Shown here: piece after piece, positions 1-9,485 of the stretch
How positions within the stretch are numbered: the stretch's first letter is position 1
How the letters are laid out: each line of letters opens with the position of its first letter
Source of the DNA: an uncultured Candidatus Saccharibacteria bacterium
GTDB taxonomy: Bacteria > Patescibacteriota > Minisyncoccia > Phycocordibacterales > Phycocordibacteraceae
Assembly: GCA_964357395.1 (NCBI GenBank)
Contig: CAYHLC010000001.1
Coordinates: 119,599 to 183,598, forward strand
Length of the DNA: 64,000 nucleotides
Direction of reading: 5' to 3'
The notes under the pieces: generated by a model
The model's input: the letters and a program-made list of their open reading frames with translations, nothing else
Told to the model about the DNA's origin: nothing
Database searches by the model: none
Program-made: the position numbers and the translations under genes

Positions 1-893
1 TTAAAAAAGACTCCAAAGACGCGTCCCAGGACTGCTTCCTCGACTCGGTGGTCGCCCGCGGCCTCGGGGGATATCGAGTGCGCCGCGAGTGACGGATTCT
101 CTATAACCGCTGTTGCAAGTGCCTCCTGGTCGCCGTAGAAGGTGAAGACCATTTCCTCTATGTACGGAACAGCGTGTGCCCCAACGAATGCCTCGAGGCG
201 CACCTCCTCGGGTATGCCTGCTTGCGACACTCTGACATCCTCGATTTGGTACGGACCAGCACCGATTGCCTCGAGGTTAAGTGTCGAGAAGGGGAACTCA
301 TCCTGGCTCACGTTCTGCCACAAGTGCTTGGGGAGTATGCCCATCGTCGTATTCTGAAGGAACGGAGCGTACGGGCTCTTGAGTGTAAAACTCACCGTGC
401 GCTCGTCCACTTCTGTAACAACAACACCCTCCCAGTTTGGACGCTTGGGACTCTTCAGTCCCGGGCTCTGTGCAAGCCCTATGGTAAAGGCGACGTCGGA
501 GGCTGTAATAGGCGTGCCGTCGTGGAATTCAGCGCCACTACGAATGGTAAATGTGTATGTTAAATGGTCGTCAGAAATGCTGTAGCTCTCTGCAATATCG
601 GGGATGAGCTCGCCCTCGGGGGTTGTGCGCATGAGCCCTGCATGGACGAGGGCGGTCATATCGCGGTCAGAGTCGGAGAGAGCGAGCAAAGGGTTAATGA
701 AGCGAGGGACACCAACGACACCCTCGTAGTACGTGCCGCCTCGAGCAGGGACCTCTGTGGTGAAGTGCAAGGAGACTTGCGCCAAAATGGTGCCAGCCGC
801 GAGGATTGCGATGCCACCCAAAATGGCCACCACCACCCAGTCGGATGGCGAAAAAGGAACACGTTGTAGGAATGAGGGCACTAAGGGCCGCAT
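1..893 (-). CDS. Peptide ABC transporter substrate-binding protein (family 5, OppA/DppA-like), runs off the left edge
   Basis: Manual translation from ATG at 893: MRPLVPSFLQRVPF...EVPARGGTYYEGVVGVPRFINPLL...PDIAESYSISDDHLTYTFTIRSGAEFHDGTPITASDVAFT; not in ORF track because it has no stop in the window. Confidence 0.85.
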   Translation of the reverse strand, partial: MRPLVPSFLQRVPFSPSDWVVVAILGGIAILAAGTILAQVSLHFTTEVPARGGTYYEGVVGVPRFINPLLALSDSDRDMTALVHAGLMRTTPEGELIPDIAESYSISDDHLTYTFTIRSGAEFHDGTPITASDVAFTIGLAQSPGLKSPKRPNWEGVVVTEVDERTVSFTLKSPYAPFLQNTTMGILPKHLWQNVSQDEFPFSTLNLEAIGAGPYQIEDVRVSQAGIPEEVRLEAFVGAHAVPYIEEMVFTFYGDQEALATAVIENPSLAAHSISPEAAGDHRVEEAVLGRVFGVFF

Positions 894-905
894 GTTACGT
901 TCGAA

Positions 906-1142
906 TTACGCGAGCAATACCAAGAGGGAGGTTGCTGCGAACAACACTCCAAGCACAATCGTCGCGCGGAAGAGGAATAGCTCGGAACCGCGACGCTTGT
1001 AGTATGTCGAACCTCCTGCGTCTGTAAAGGCGCCACCCACTTGGGCGCCGCGTGTCTGCAAGAGTACTGTACCCACGATTAGGATCGAGAGTACAATCTG
1101 CACCACCGGGAGAAACCCGCTTAAGCTACTGAGGAGTGGCAT
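906..1142 (-). CDS. secG: Preprotein translocase subunit SecG
   Basis: 78 aa, two TM helices, VLLQ.RGAQVGGAF...RRGSELFLFRATIV pattern; start trimmed to ATG 1142. Confidence 0.9.
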   Translation of the reverse strand: MPLLSSLSGFLPVVQIVLSILIVGTVLLQTRGAQVGGAFTDAGGSTYYKRRGSELFLFRATIVLGVLFAATSLLVLLA

Positions 1143-1256
1143 ACCTTGGATCAGCGTATCGTAGCATGCGCGCCCCGGCCCGGCAACCAAGCTCCTGTTG
1201 AAACGAATACGCCAAACGTTGACCGCGCCGCCTACTTCCTTTATAGTTACGACACT

Positions 1257-1625
1257 ATGAAGAAAAAGACTAAGAAGGGAGTGAATGCTAAGAAACAGAA
1301 GAAGGTTGCAGTCAAGTCCAGCAGATCGACTGCTCCGATAGTCCCCCTCAATGATCGCGTCCTCGTCAGGCCACTCTCGGCCGATGATATGGCCACGACA
1401 ACAGCATCCGGCATTATTATTCCAGATTCGGCAAAGGAGAAGCCGGAGCAGGGCACCGTTATTGCGGTAGGGCCAGGCAAGTGGGAAGACGGCAAGCGCA
1501 CACCAGTTGGCGTATCTGTCGGTCACAAGGTTGTAGTCCGTGAATATTCGAAGAATGTCATTAAGATCAAGGGTGAAGAGTATTGGATTATTTCAGAGTC
1601 AGACGTTTTAGCGATCATCAACTAA
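1257..1625 (+). CDS. groES: Co-chaperonin GroES with Lys-rich N-terminal extension
   Basis: PLNDRVLV...TTASGIIIPDSAKEKP...GTVIAVGPG; adjacent to groEL. Confidence 0.95.
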   Translation: MKKKTKKGVNAKKQKKVAVKSSRSTAPIVPLNDRVLVRPLSADDMATTTASGIIIPDSAKEKPEQGTVIAVGPGKWEDGKRTPVGVSVGHKVVVREYSKNVIKIKGEEYWIISESDVLAIIN

Positions 1626-1626
1626 C

Positions 1627-3273
1627 ATGGCCAAAAAAATACTTTTCGACGCGGACGCACGCTCCGCTATTAAGGCAGGTATCGACGCTGCAGCACGCGC
1701 AGTCAAGGTGACCCTTGGTCCCCGTGGACGTAACGTCATTTTGGACAAGGGATACGGCGGCCCGCACATGACGAACGATGGCGTGACTATCGCCAAGGAG
1801 ATCTCGTTCAAAGACAAGTTTATGAACATGGGTGCGGAGATAGTGAAGGAGGTTGCAAATAAAACCAACGACCTAGCGGGTGACGGTACCACAACGTCAG
1901 TAGTCCTCTTCCAGGCACTCGTCGACGAGGGCATGAAGCAGACATCAATGGGCGTCAACGCGATGCTGATTCGCTCTGGTATGGAGAAGGCGGCCGAAGC
2001 AACGGTGAAGGCTCTGAAGGCGATAGCAAAGCCGGTCGCAGGTGACAAGGATATCAAGCAGGTGGCAACCATCTCCGCCGAGAGCGCAGAGATCGGCGAG
2101 ACCATTGCAGCAGTCATTGGTGAGGTAGGCCAGAACGGTGTCGTAACGGTAGAGGAATCTCCATCATTTGGAATAGAGAAGGAGGTGGTAGAGGGACTTG
2201 AGTTCGACCGCGGGTACGTCTCGGCGTACATGGTCACGAATCCAGAGAAGATGGAGGCGTCATACAAAGATGCGCAGATATTGATTACTGACAAGAAGAT
2301 CACCTCGGTGCAGGAGATCCTCCCAGTGCTCGAGGCGGTGGCACGTACTGGGAAGAAGGAGTTGGTGATTATCGCAGATGACGTGGAGGGCGAGGCACTG
2401 GCCACCTTCGTACTGAACCGCCTCAAAGGCGCGTTCAACGTCCTTGCAGTCAAGGCCCCAGGGTATGGCGATAGGAAGAAGGAGATGCTCCAGGACATCG
2501 CCATCATGACGGGCGGCACCGTCATTACTGAGGAAGTGGGACTCAAGCTCGACAAGACAGAGCTCACCATGCTCGGCCGCGCAGCAAAGGTGATCGCGAC
2601 CAAGGACTCGACTATTATCGTCGGAGGGAAGGGGACTAAGAAGGAGATCGACTCGCGCGTCGGCTCACTCAAGAAGCAGCTTGGTGATACTGATTCGAAG
2701 TTTGATAAGGAAAAGCTGGAGGAGCGCATCGCCAAGCTCTCGGGTGGCGTCGCGGTCATCCGTGTTGGTGCTGCAACGGAAACGGAGATGAAGTACTTGA
2801 AGGATAAGATCGAGGACGCAGTAAATGCTACGAAGGCAGCGATCGCAGAGGGTATCGTCCCAGGAGGCGGGACGGCGCTCGTAAAGGCCGCACAGAAAGT
2901 CGAGGCAGAGACGAACTGGGACAAGTTGAGCGCTGAGGAGGCGGTCGGCTACCGCATCGTCCTTGCTGCACTCGAGAAGCCCTTGAAGCAGATCGCAATG
3001 AACGCAGGCAAGGAGTCAGGCGAAGTCGTCGTTCAGGAGGTTAAGAAGGCAAAAGGCTTTGCAGGATACGATGCAGTCAAGGACGAGATCGTCCCTGACA
3101 TGATGGCTGCTGGCATTATCGACCCAGTCAAGGTGACACGCGGCGGTGTGCAGCATGCAGTATCAGCAGCAGCTATCCTCCTCACAACTGAAGCCGCGAT
3201 AGCAGACGAGCCAGAGGAGAAGCCTGCTGGTGGCGCCCCAGGTATGGGCGGCATGGGCGGAATGGACTACTAG
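1627..3273 (+). CDS. groEL: Chaperonin GroEL
   Basis: AVKVTLGPRGRNV, DLAGDGTTT, C-terminal GGM repeats. Confidence 0.99.
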   Translation: MAKKILFDADARSAIKAGIDAAARAVKVTLGPRGRNVILDKGYGGPHMTNDGVTIAKEISFKDKFMNMGAEIVKEVANKTNDLAGDGTTTSVVLFQALVDEGMKQTSMGVNAMLIRSGMEKAAEATVKALKAIAKPVAGDKDIKQVATISAESAEIGETIAAVIGEVGQNGVVTVEESPSFGIEKEVVEGLEFDRGYVSAYMVTNPEKMEASYKDAQILITDKKITSVQEILPVLEAVARTGKKELVIIADDVEGEALATFVLNRLKGAFNVLAVKAPGYGDRKKEMLQDIAIMTGGTVITEEVGLKLDKTELTMLGRAAKVIATKDSTIIVGGKGTKKEIDSRVGSLKKQLGDTDSKFDKEKLEERIAKLSGGVAVIRVGAATETEMKYLKDKIEDAVNATKAAIAEGIVPGGGTALVKAAQKVEAETNWDKLSAEEAVGYRIVLAALEKPLKQIAMNAGKESGEVVVQEVKKAKGFAGYDAVKDEIVPDMMAAGIIDPVKVTRGGVQHAVSAAAILLTTEAAIADEPEEKPAGGAPGMGGMGGMDY

Positions 3274-3320
3274 TTCCTATGGCCGAGAAGTGACCAAAAC
3301 CGCCAACACAAGGCGAACAA

Positions 3321-3479
3321 ATGCAGTTCTCGCGCAAGCTCGTGGAGTGGTTGCAGTCGATACTTATGTTGGTGAGGGGAATTGTTGTTCCGCGACCGGC
3401 ATACAGAAGGCAGGAGACCTCGATAAAGAAGAAACCCCACCCACCACGTAGTAGTAAGATCAAGGGAGGGTTTCTCTAG
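3321..3479 (+). CDS. Small basic hypothetical protein (52 aa); in-frame upstream ATG 3279 is separated by one TGA
   Basis: MQFSRKLVEWLQSILMLVRGIVVPRPAYRRQETSIKKKPHPPRSSKIKGGFL fills the groEL-lemA gap. Confidence 0.35.
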   Translation: MQFSRKLVEWLQSILMLVRGIVVPRPAYRRQETSIKKKPHPPRSSKIKGGFL

Positions 3480-3501
3480 ATGCATTTGCTATAATGGGGG
3501 G

Positions 3502-4062
3502 ATGACACCCTTCTATATCGTTTTAGGCGTTGTTGTCGTCATCGGCCTGTACTTGGTCATGACCTACAACCGTTTTGTTACCCTCGTTAACCGCACCAAG
3601 GAGGCATGGGCCGACATCGACGTGCAGCTGAAGCGCCGGTACGACCTTATTCCTAACCTCGTCTCAACCGTGCAGGGCTATGCCGCGCACGAGAAGCAGG
3701 CGTTCGAGAATGTCACTAAGGCCCGCGCAGCTGCAATGGGGGCGCAATCAGTCGAGGATCACGCAAAAGCGGAGAACATGCTGACCGGGGCACTGAAGTC
3801 AATCTTCGCTATTGCTGAGGCGTACCCAGACCTGAAGGCGAACCAGAACTTCCTCGAGCTGCAGCGCGAGCTATCGGATACAGAGAACAAGATCCAGGCA
3901 GCGCGCCGCTTCTACAACGGCAATGTGCAGGATTTGAAGACCGCTCTCGAGCAGTTCCCCTCTAACATCGTCGGCAACATGTTCAGCTTCAAGGGCATGG
4001 ACTTCTTCCTGCTCGCCGCAGACGAGCAAGCCGCCAAGAATCCTGTCGCAGTGAAGTTTTAA
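3502..4062 (+). CDS. lemA: LemA family protein
   Basis: N-terminal TM, WADIDVQLKRRYDLIPNLV, EAYPDLKANQNF. Confidence 0.95.
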   Translation: MTPFYIVLGVVVVIGLYLVMTYNRFVTLVNRTKEAWADIDVQLKRRYDLIPNLVSTVQGYAAHEKQAFENVTKARAAAMGAQSVEDHAKAENMLTGALKSIFAIAEAYPDLKANQNFLELQRELSDTENKIQAARRFYNGNVQDLKTALEQFPSNIVGNMFSFKGMDFFLLAADEQAAKNPVAVKF

Positions 4063-4070
4063 GATTCTGA

Positions 4071-4955
4071 ATGGCTACGCTCTACTCGCAAGCGGATAGC
4101 AATATACGTCGCACGTGGGTGTTGATGCTCACGTTCTTCATCGCGGTTGTCGGACTTGGGTGGGCGCTGTCCTTCGCGCTCGATAACCAGTTCATCCTCT
4201 ACGCTGCGGTCGGGCTCTCGTTGGTTATGAACGTCGGCTCGTACTGGTTTTCAGACAAGGTCGCCCTTAGCGCGAGTGGCGCCAAGCCCGCAGACGGACC
4301 AGAGTATGTAGAGCTCAACCGGATAGTAGAGAATCTTGCTATTACGGAAGGTATGCCAAAGCCGAATGTGTACATCATCAACGACCCCGCACCAAACGCG
4401 TTTGCTACCGGCCGGGACCCAAAGCATGGCGCTGTTGCAGTGACGACCGGCCTCCTCCGGATGATGGAGCGTTCAGAACTCGAGGGCGTACTTGCGCACG
4501 AACTCAGCCACATCAAGAATCGCGACACCCTGGTTATGACGGTGGTCGTCGTTCTTTTAGGAATCGTGACGCTCTTGTCGGATTTCTTCATCCGCTCACA
4601 AATGTTTGGTGGGGGAGACAGAGATAACAAGGCAGCTCCGTATCTAATGATCATCGGCATTGTGCTCGCGATACTCTCGCCAATCATTGCGCAGCTCATA
4701 CAACTCGCGATCTCTAGGCGGCGCGAGTTCCTCGCAGACGCCTCCGGCGCGCTTATGACTCGCTACCCAGAGGGCCTCGCGAGTGCTCTCACAAAAATAG
4801 GCGCCTACGCAGCGCCTATGCAGCGGGCCAACAATGCGACCGCGCACCTATTTATATCCAACCCCTTTGGCGCAGGCGCCATGAAGGGCATAGCCAAGTT
4901 CTTTATGACTCACCCTCCGGTAGAGGAGCGGGTTAGGGCTCTTCTCGGCAAGTGA
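4071..4955 (+). CDS. htpX: Zinc metalloprotease HtpX (M48)
   Basis: PNAFATGR, HELSH, SRRREFLAD, THPP motifs; follows lemA. Confidence 0.95.
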   Translation: MATLYSQADSNIRRTWVLMLTFFIAVVGLGWALSFALDNQFILYAAVGLSLVMNVGSYWFSDKVALSASGAKPADGPEYVELNRIVENLAITEGMPKPNVYIINDPAPNAFATGRDPKHGAVAVTTGLLRMMERSELEGVLAHELSHIKNRDTLVMTVVVVLLGIVTLLSDFFIRSQMFGGGDRDNKAAPYLMIIGIVLAILSPIIAQLIQLAISRRREFLADASGALMTRYPEGLASALTKIGAYAAPMQRANNATAHLFISNPFGAGAMKGIAKFFMTHPPVEERVRALLGK

Positions 4956-4956
4956 C

Positions 4957-5118
4957 CTACATTCCTACGAGCACCCTAAGAAACTCTGCCGCTTCATTTC
5001 CTGCGTTATCTGCTAATTGCTCTGCTTGGGTCAGCATCTGCTCGATAGCTGATACCTCTCCCTCTAATGCCTCGAAACGTCCCTCCATAGATGTTTGCTT
5101 AGGCTTATAATCTGACAC
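4957..5118 (-). CDS. Small acidic helical hypothetical protein (53 aa)
   Basis: GTG start, MSDYKPKQTSMEGRFEALEGEVSAIEQMLTQAEQLADNAGNEAAEFLRVLVGM; heptad-like, fills gap. Confidence 0.4.
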   Translation of the reverse strand: MSDYKPKQTSMEGRFEALEGEVSAIEQMLTQAEQLADNAGNEAAEFLRVLVGM

Positions 5119-5184
5119 TAGCCTTACCTATGCCTAGCGGTACGGGTTACGCATATGCTATACAAATAGAGCTACAGAGCAAAA

Positions 5185-5271
5185 GGAGACGTCGCATAGC
5201 GGTCTAGTGCACCACCTTGGAAAGGTGGCAATCGGGAAACCGGTTCGAGAGTTCGAATCTCTCCGTCTCCG
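5185..5271 (+). tRNA. tRNA-Ser(GGA)
   Basis: GGAGACG/CGTCTCC acceptor stem, CCACC-TTGGAAA-GGTGG anticodon arm, long variable arm, GTTCGAATC. Confidence 0.95.
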
Positions 5272-5330
5272 CCGAGCAGGGTGTCGCCGAGGTTAGGATG
5301 CCGCCATTGTTAGTCTGATACCATCTCCCT

Positions 5331-5756
5331 ATGGACACTTTCTCAGAATCCGACTTCGACATAAAGAAGTCATTGATCCTGCCCGTCAATTCGAAACGGG
5401 AATTGTTTGTACAGGATCGCCGCGGGCACAAAAAACCGGATTGGGGTTATTTTGGAGGCGGTATCGAACCAGGCGAGACCCCACTTGAGGCGGTGATACG
5501 GGAGAGTAAGGAAGAGCTTTGTATAAATCTTAAGGAATCCGATTTGGTACCGCTCGGAATTTCAACAACCAGTTGGGATGATGTGAAGATGCTCCGGTAT
5601 TTATATCTTTACCGAACGGATCAGGTGGAGTTTGATGTCCGCGAGGGTAAGGGTGGGCTGTGGCTCACGTTTGATGAGGCGCGAGAGCGTATGGATGGGA
5701 GGGATCTACTAGATGATGTGGTCGCGAGGATCAATCGCGCCCTCGACGCAGCGTAG
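5331..5756 (+). CDS. NUDIX hydrolase
   Basis: Nudix box GGGIEPGETPLEAVIRESKEE. Confidence 0.9.
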   Translation: MDTFSESDFDIKKSLILPVNSKRELFVQDRRGHKKPDWGYFGGGIEPGETPLEAVIRESKEELCINLKESDLVPLGISTTSWDDVKMLRYLYLYRTDQVEFDVREGKGGLWLTFDEARERMDGRDLLDDVVARINRALDAA

Positions 5757-5809
5757 GGGAGTGCACTACTCTGGCGTGATGCTGCAAAAAGCCGTTGTAT
5801 TATAGGGGC

Positions 5810-6808
5810 ATGAATGGTGTAAACCCGCAGTACGTCATCGCCGGGATAGGCGTACTTATTATTATTGGTATCGCCGGCTATAGCGCGCTCGGCCCCTCAG
5901 CCGTCACTACTGACGAGCCGGTAGTTGCGGTGTCTGGCCCGGAGGGGACAGAGGAAGTGGCTACAGTACAGCCATCAGAGACAACTACTACTCCGAAACC
6001 TACGACACCAAAGCCAACTTCGCCAACACCAAACCCTTCGACCGGTGCGGGATCTCCAGCCGCACCTTCGACCCCAGCTGAAACGCCGGCAGCTCCACCA
6101 GAATCCACACCACCGGTAGCTCCGACAGCACCAACGGCTCCAGCGGCATACAACCCAGGCTTTCAAGCATCGACTCGCGTGCACCCTGGTATTCCGTCAG
6201 AAAACGAGCGTGCCACGCTGCCATCTTGCGATGGCAAAAAGTTTACTATCGACCCAGTCAATTTCGGTGCGGTAACGTCGATCACTGCAAATGGGAGCTT
6301 CAGCGGCGTCGCCCCGCATGAGTATGCAGTTATTCGACTCAACACCACTGGCACTGAGGCCATGTACGACCTTACCGCGCCACAGGACGTGTGGGTGACG
6401 TCTTTGGTGCAAGAGAGTGGACTCTCCGTCGACTCGAGCGATACCACCATTTACTTTGCGCTATGCAAAGATGTGATCGGCTACACTACGCACATCAAGG
6501 AACTCTCTACACAGACATACAAGATACTGACCGACTCATACTGCTTCGGCAAGCCGCATACGGGACCTAATGCCTGCAAGATCGAGATACTCCAACTGAT
6601 CGGTGGTGGCTCGTCGCTCGGCAAGGTAGGTAGGCTTGAGGGCGCCTTTGGGCTCGGCGTTATTGACCTTAGGACAGAGCGAGGCCTCATGAATCCAAGC
6701 GTATACTCGGTTATTACGAACTTTGCTCGCTGCCCCTTCAGCTACTTCACCAACGCAGAGGCGTTCAACAACAAGCTCACCGGCACTTCGGACCTGTGTG
6801 TGCAGTAG
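5810..6808 (+). CDS. Membrane-anchored surface protein with Pro/Thr-rich stalk and Cys-containing C-terminal domain
   Basis: N-terminal TM, long P/T/A linker, six Cys in globular domain; TATTAT 6 nt before ATG 5810. Confidence 0.75.
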   Translation: MNGVNPQYVIAGIGVLIIIGIAGYSALGPSAVTTDEPVVAVSGPEGTEEVATVQPSETTTTPKPTTPKPTSPTPNPSTGAGSPAAPSTPAETPAAPPESTPPVAPTAPTAPAAYNPGFQASTRVHPGIPSENERATLPSCDGKKFTIDPVNFGAVTSITANGSFSGVAPHEYAVIRLNTTGTEAMYDLTAPQDVWVTSLVQESGLSVDSSDTTIYFALCKDVIGYTTHIKELSTQTYKILTDSYCFGKPHTGPNACKIEILQLIGGGSSLGKVGRLEGAFGLGVIDLRTERGLMNPSVYSVITNFARCPFSYFTNAEAFNNKLTGTSDLCVQ

Positions 6809-6840
6809 CCTGCGAGCCCATTTCATGCTATAGTACTAGG

Positions 6841-7122
6841 AGCGTCAGGTAGTCGCTCTTTGAGAGAGGAAAGTCCGAACACACCCCCGCAAGGGGAGAA
6901 TCGTAGCGGGTAACCCCCGTCCAGTCCTCGGGCACGAGGCTGAGAGGTGCGAACAGAAACGATCCGGTTTAGTCCGGCTGAAACGGCAAAATCCTTACGT
7001 GTGTGCAAGGCCGTGCCCCACGAGCAATCGAGGGGAGTGCCGCAAAGATCCTGCTGGTAACAGTAGGGCAAGACAAATGGCTATCACCCGCAAGGGTACA
7101 GAATTCGGCTTATCGACGCGAA
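6841..7122 (+). ncRNA. rnpB: RNase P RNA (minimal, about 280 nt)
   Basis: GAGGAAAGTCC and ACAGAATTCGGCTTAT conserved regions, AGGTGCGAACAGAAAC, GCGTC/GACGC terminal helix; TATAGT at 6829. Confidence 0.93.
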
Positions 7123-7134
7123 GTGCCCACAAGT

Positions 7135-7168
7135 GAGAACACCCCTTATCGGGGGTGTTTTCTTTTTG
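7135..7168 (+). terminator. Intrinsic terminator after rnpB
   Basis: GAACACCCC-TTATCG-GGGGTGTTT followed by T-run. Confidence 0.7.
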
Positions 7169-7205
7169 GAGGGTATACTGGAGAGATACTAATAGTAAGT
7201 TATTT

Positions 7206-9479
7206 ATGGATACCACACGTTCGTTCCTATCCCTTTGGTCGTACCGCCTCTATATTGGGGCACTTTTCGTGCTGCCGTGGCTCGTTATTCCATCTTCAGT
7301 AGTCCCGTTTGCCTCATTCAAGATGGCACTCGCTGCCGGCCTTATTGGTCTCTCCGTCGTTCTTGCTATTGCAGCGGCGCTCTGGCGCGGCCAGATCAGC
7401 GTCCCATGGAGCATGCTCATGATCTCCGTGTGGGGAGTTGTGGGTGCGTATCTAGTCTCCACGCTGTTCGTACCGTCACCGATCAGCTCACTCATCGGTG
7501 CGGACCTCGCAGTCGACACGGTATTCTTTGTGGCACTCCTCGGTACAGCGCTCATGGTGCCGTTTTATGTCTTTGAGTCGCGGGCGGACTTCATGCGTGC
7601 GTTCTTTGTGGTTCTGGTTTCATCATGGGTCGTCGCTATTATCCACATACTCCGACTCCTTGTGGGGCCAGAGTTCCTCGCCTTCGGCGTGTACGGTTCG
7701 ACGCTCTTTTCGGTCCTCGGTAAGTGGAATGACCTTGGCCTCTTCTTTGGCCTCATCTCAGCACTCAGCCTCATTACGCTCGAAGCGCTGCCGCTCCAGG
7801 CAGTGTACGCCTGGGTTCTCCGCGTCTCTCTCGTAGTGTCGCTGTTCTTTGTTGCTCTCACTAACTTTATTCCAGTATGGGTGTTCCTTGGCCTCCTCGC
7901 GCTCGGCGTGGTGCTATACCGCGCGGTACTTGTTCGAGGTGCCGGAGGTGGCTTCTCACTCCCAGCTACAGCTGTCCTGCTCCTCGCCATCGTATGCACG
8001 CTCTTTACGGGTATCGGCACAGGCCTTTCGGCCGCAACCTCGACCGAGCAGATCGAGGCACGTCCGTCGCTCGGAGCAACGATGTCTGTCGTCAGCTCCG
8101 TACTGAACGAGAGCCCTCTGATCGGCTCTGGTCCCAATACCTTTATCTACGGCTGGGACAAGTATCGACCGCTGAGCCTCAATGGTTCCGTATTCTGGAA
8201 TGCGGACTTCAATGCTGGGGTCGGCTTTATCCCCACATCGCTCGCAACTGGTGGACTCCTCGCAGGAGCAGCATGGCTCCTCTTCATAGGCCTCTTTGTG
8301 ATTATGGGAGTGCGTGGACTACTCCTTGCACCACCAACCGACCCATCGACGTACTACCTCATGCTGGCCTCGTTCACTGCGGGACTCTACGTCCTCATTA
8401 TGGCGCTCCTCTACATTCCGAGCCCGGTCGTACTACTTATCGGCTTTGCAGCGATTGGTATGTGTGCAGCTTTGTACCACCGCGAACGCGGGGGTAGCGT
8501 GTGGACCATCGTGTTTGCCGAGCGCCCACGCCTTGGGTTTGTTGCAGTGCTCTCACTGACCATCAAGCTTATACTCGTCGTGCTGTTCCTCGCCGGAGTT
8601 GGCATGGCGTTCACCTCTGCTGTTGCATACGAGCGAGCATATGCCGCCGCACAAACTGCAGATACTCGAGGGGTCGCGATGGAGCATATCGCAGCAAGTA
8701 TTGCGGCAATGCCAACAGAGCGAGCACACCGCCTGGCGGTTGCTATCGAGCTCGCTCGACTCGACTCTGTAATCCAAGGCGCTTCCGGAGCTCCTTCGGA
8801 GACTGCACAAGCTGAGTTTCAGACCCGCCTTGGTTCCGCAGTAGAGCATGGACTTGCGGCAACAAATGGGGATGCTCGCGACTATCGAAACTGGCTCTCT
8901 CTCGGCAATGCGTACCACAGCGTTGTTGCGCTTAATGTCGATGGCGCCTATGAGTCAGCAAAAAACGCATACCAGCGTGCTGCAGAACTGAACCCGATAA
9001 TCCCTACAGTGCCGTACGCACAAGCTCAGCTCGAGATCTCACGTCAGCAGAGCGGAGCCTCGCGCCCGTTCCTCGAGTCAGCAATTAGCCTTAAGGCGGA
9101 CTTCGTCCCAGCTCTCGTGCTCCTCGCACAGCTCGAACTCGCAGAGGGGAACCTCCCGCAGGCAATCGAGCGCGCCGAGGCAGCCTCGGTTTTTGAGCCA
9201 ACAAACCCACTCCTGCAGTTCCAAACTGGTGTGCTGAAGTTCGAGCAGAAGGACTATGCGGGGGCCCGCACCGCGTTCGACGCTGCTCTAGAGCTCGCGC
9301 CTGACTACTCGAACGCTCGGTACTACCTCGGCCGGACACTCTTTGCTACTGCTGACGTGCCTGGCGCGATAGCAGCGTTCGAGGAGGTGCTACGTCTGAA
9401 CCCTGAGAACACGGAGGTCGCGGCAATTATTGAGTCGCTCAAAACCGGTGATGATCCGTTTGCCGCTCCAAAAGAGTAG
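7206..9479 (+). CDS. Polytopic membrane protein (O-antigen ligase-like) with C-terminal TPR repeats
   Basis: Many TM segments, PLIGSGPNTF loop, TPR motifs (ALELAPDYSNARYYLG, VLRLNPEN). Confidence 0.8.
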   Translation: MDTTRSFLSLWSYRLYIGALFVLPWLVIPSSVVPFASFKMALAAGLIGLSVVLAIAAALWRGQISVPWSMLMISVWGVVGAYLVSTLFVPSPISSLIGADLAVDTVFFVALLGTALMVPFYVFESRADFMRAFFVVLVSSWVVAIIHILRLLVGPEFLAFGVYGSTLFSVLGKWNDLGLFFGLISALSLITLEALPLQAVYAWVLRVSLVVSLFFVALTNFIPVWVFLGLLALGVVLYRAVLVRGAGGGFSLPATAVLLLAIVCTLFTGIGTGLSAATSTEQIEARPSLGATMSVVSSVLNESPLIGSGPNTFIYGWDKYRPLSLNGSVFWNADFNAGVGFIPTSLATGGLLAGAAWLLFIGLFVIMGVRGLLLAPPTDPSTYYLMLASFTAGLYVLIMALLYIPSPVVLLIGFAAIGMCAALYHRERGGSVWTIVFAERPRLGFVAVLSLTIKLILVVLFLAGVGMAFTSAVAYERAYAAAQTADTRGVAMEHIAASIAAMPTERAHRLAVAIELARLDSVIQGASGAPSETAQAEFQTRLGSAVEHGLAATNGDARDYRNWLSLGNAYHSVVALNVDGAYESAKNAYQRAAELNPIIPTVPYAQAQLEISRQQSGASRPFLESAISLKADFVPALVLLAQLELAEGNLPQAIERAEAASVFEPTNPLLQFQTGVLKFEQKDYAGARTAFDAALELAPDYSNARYYLGRTLFATADVPGAIAAFEEVLRLNPENTEVAAIIESLKTGDDPFAAPKE

Positions 9480-9485
9480 TACGTA

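Noticed and set aside
1608-2924. 438-aa antisense ORF over groEL, and similar shadow ORFs over gyrA, ftsZ, valS and lepA
   Set aside because: Antisense frames of conserved genes, explained by codon bias; no motifs
5980-6150. Pro/Thr-rich repeats as a DNA repeat array
   Set aside because: Low-complexity protein linker without exact nucleotide periodicity
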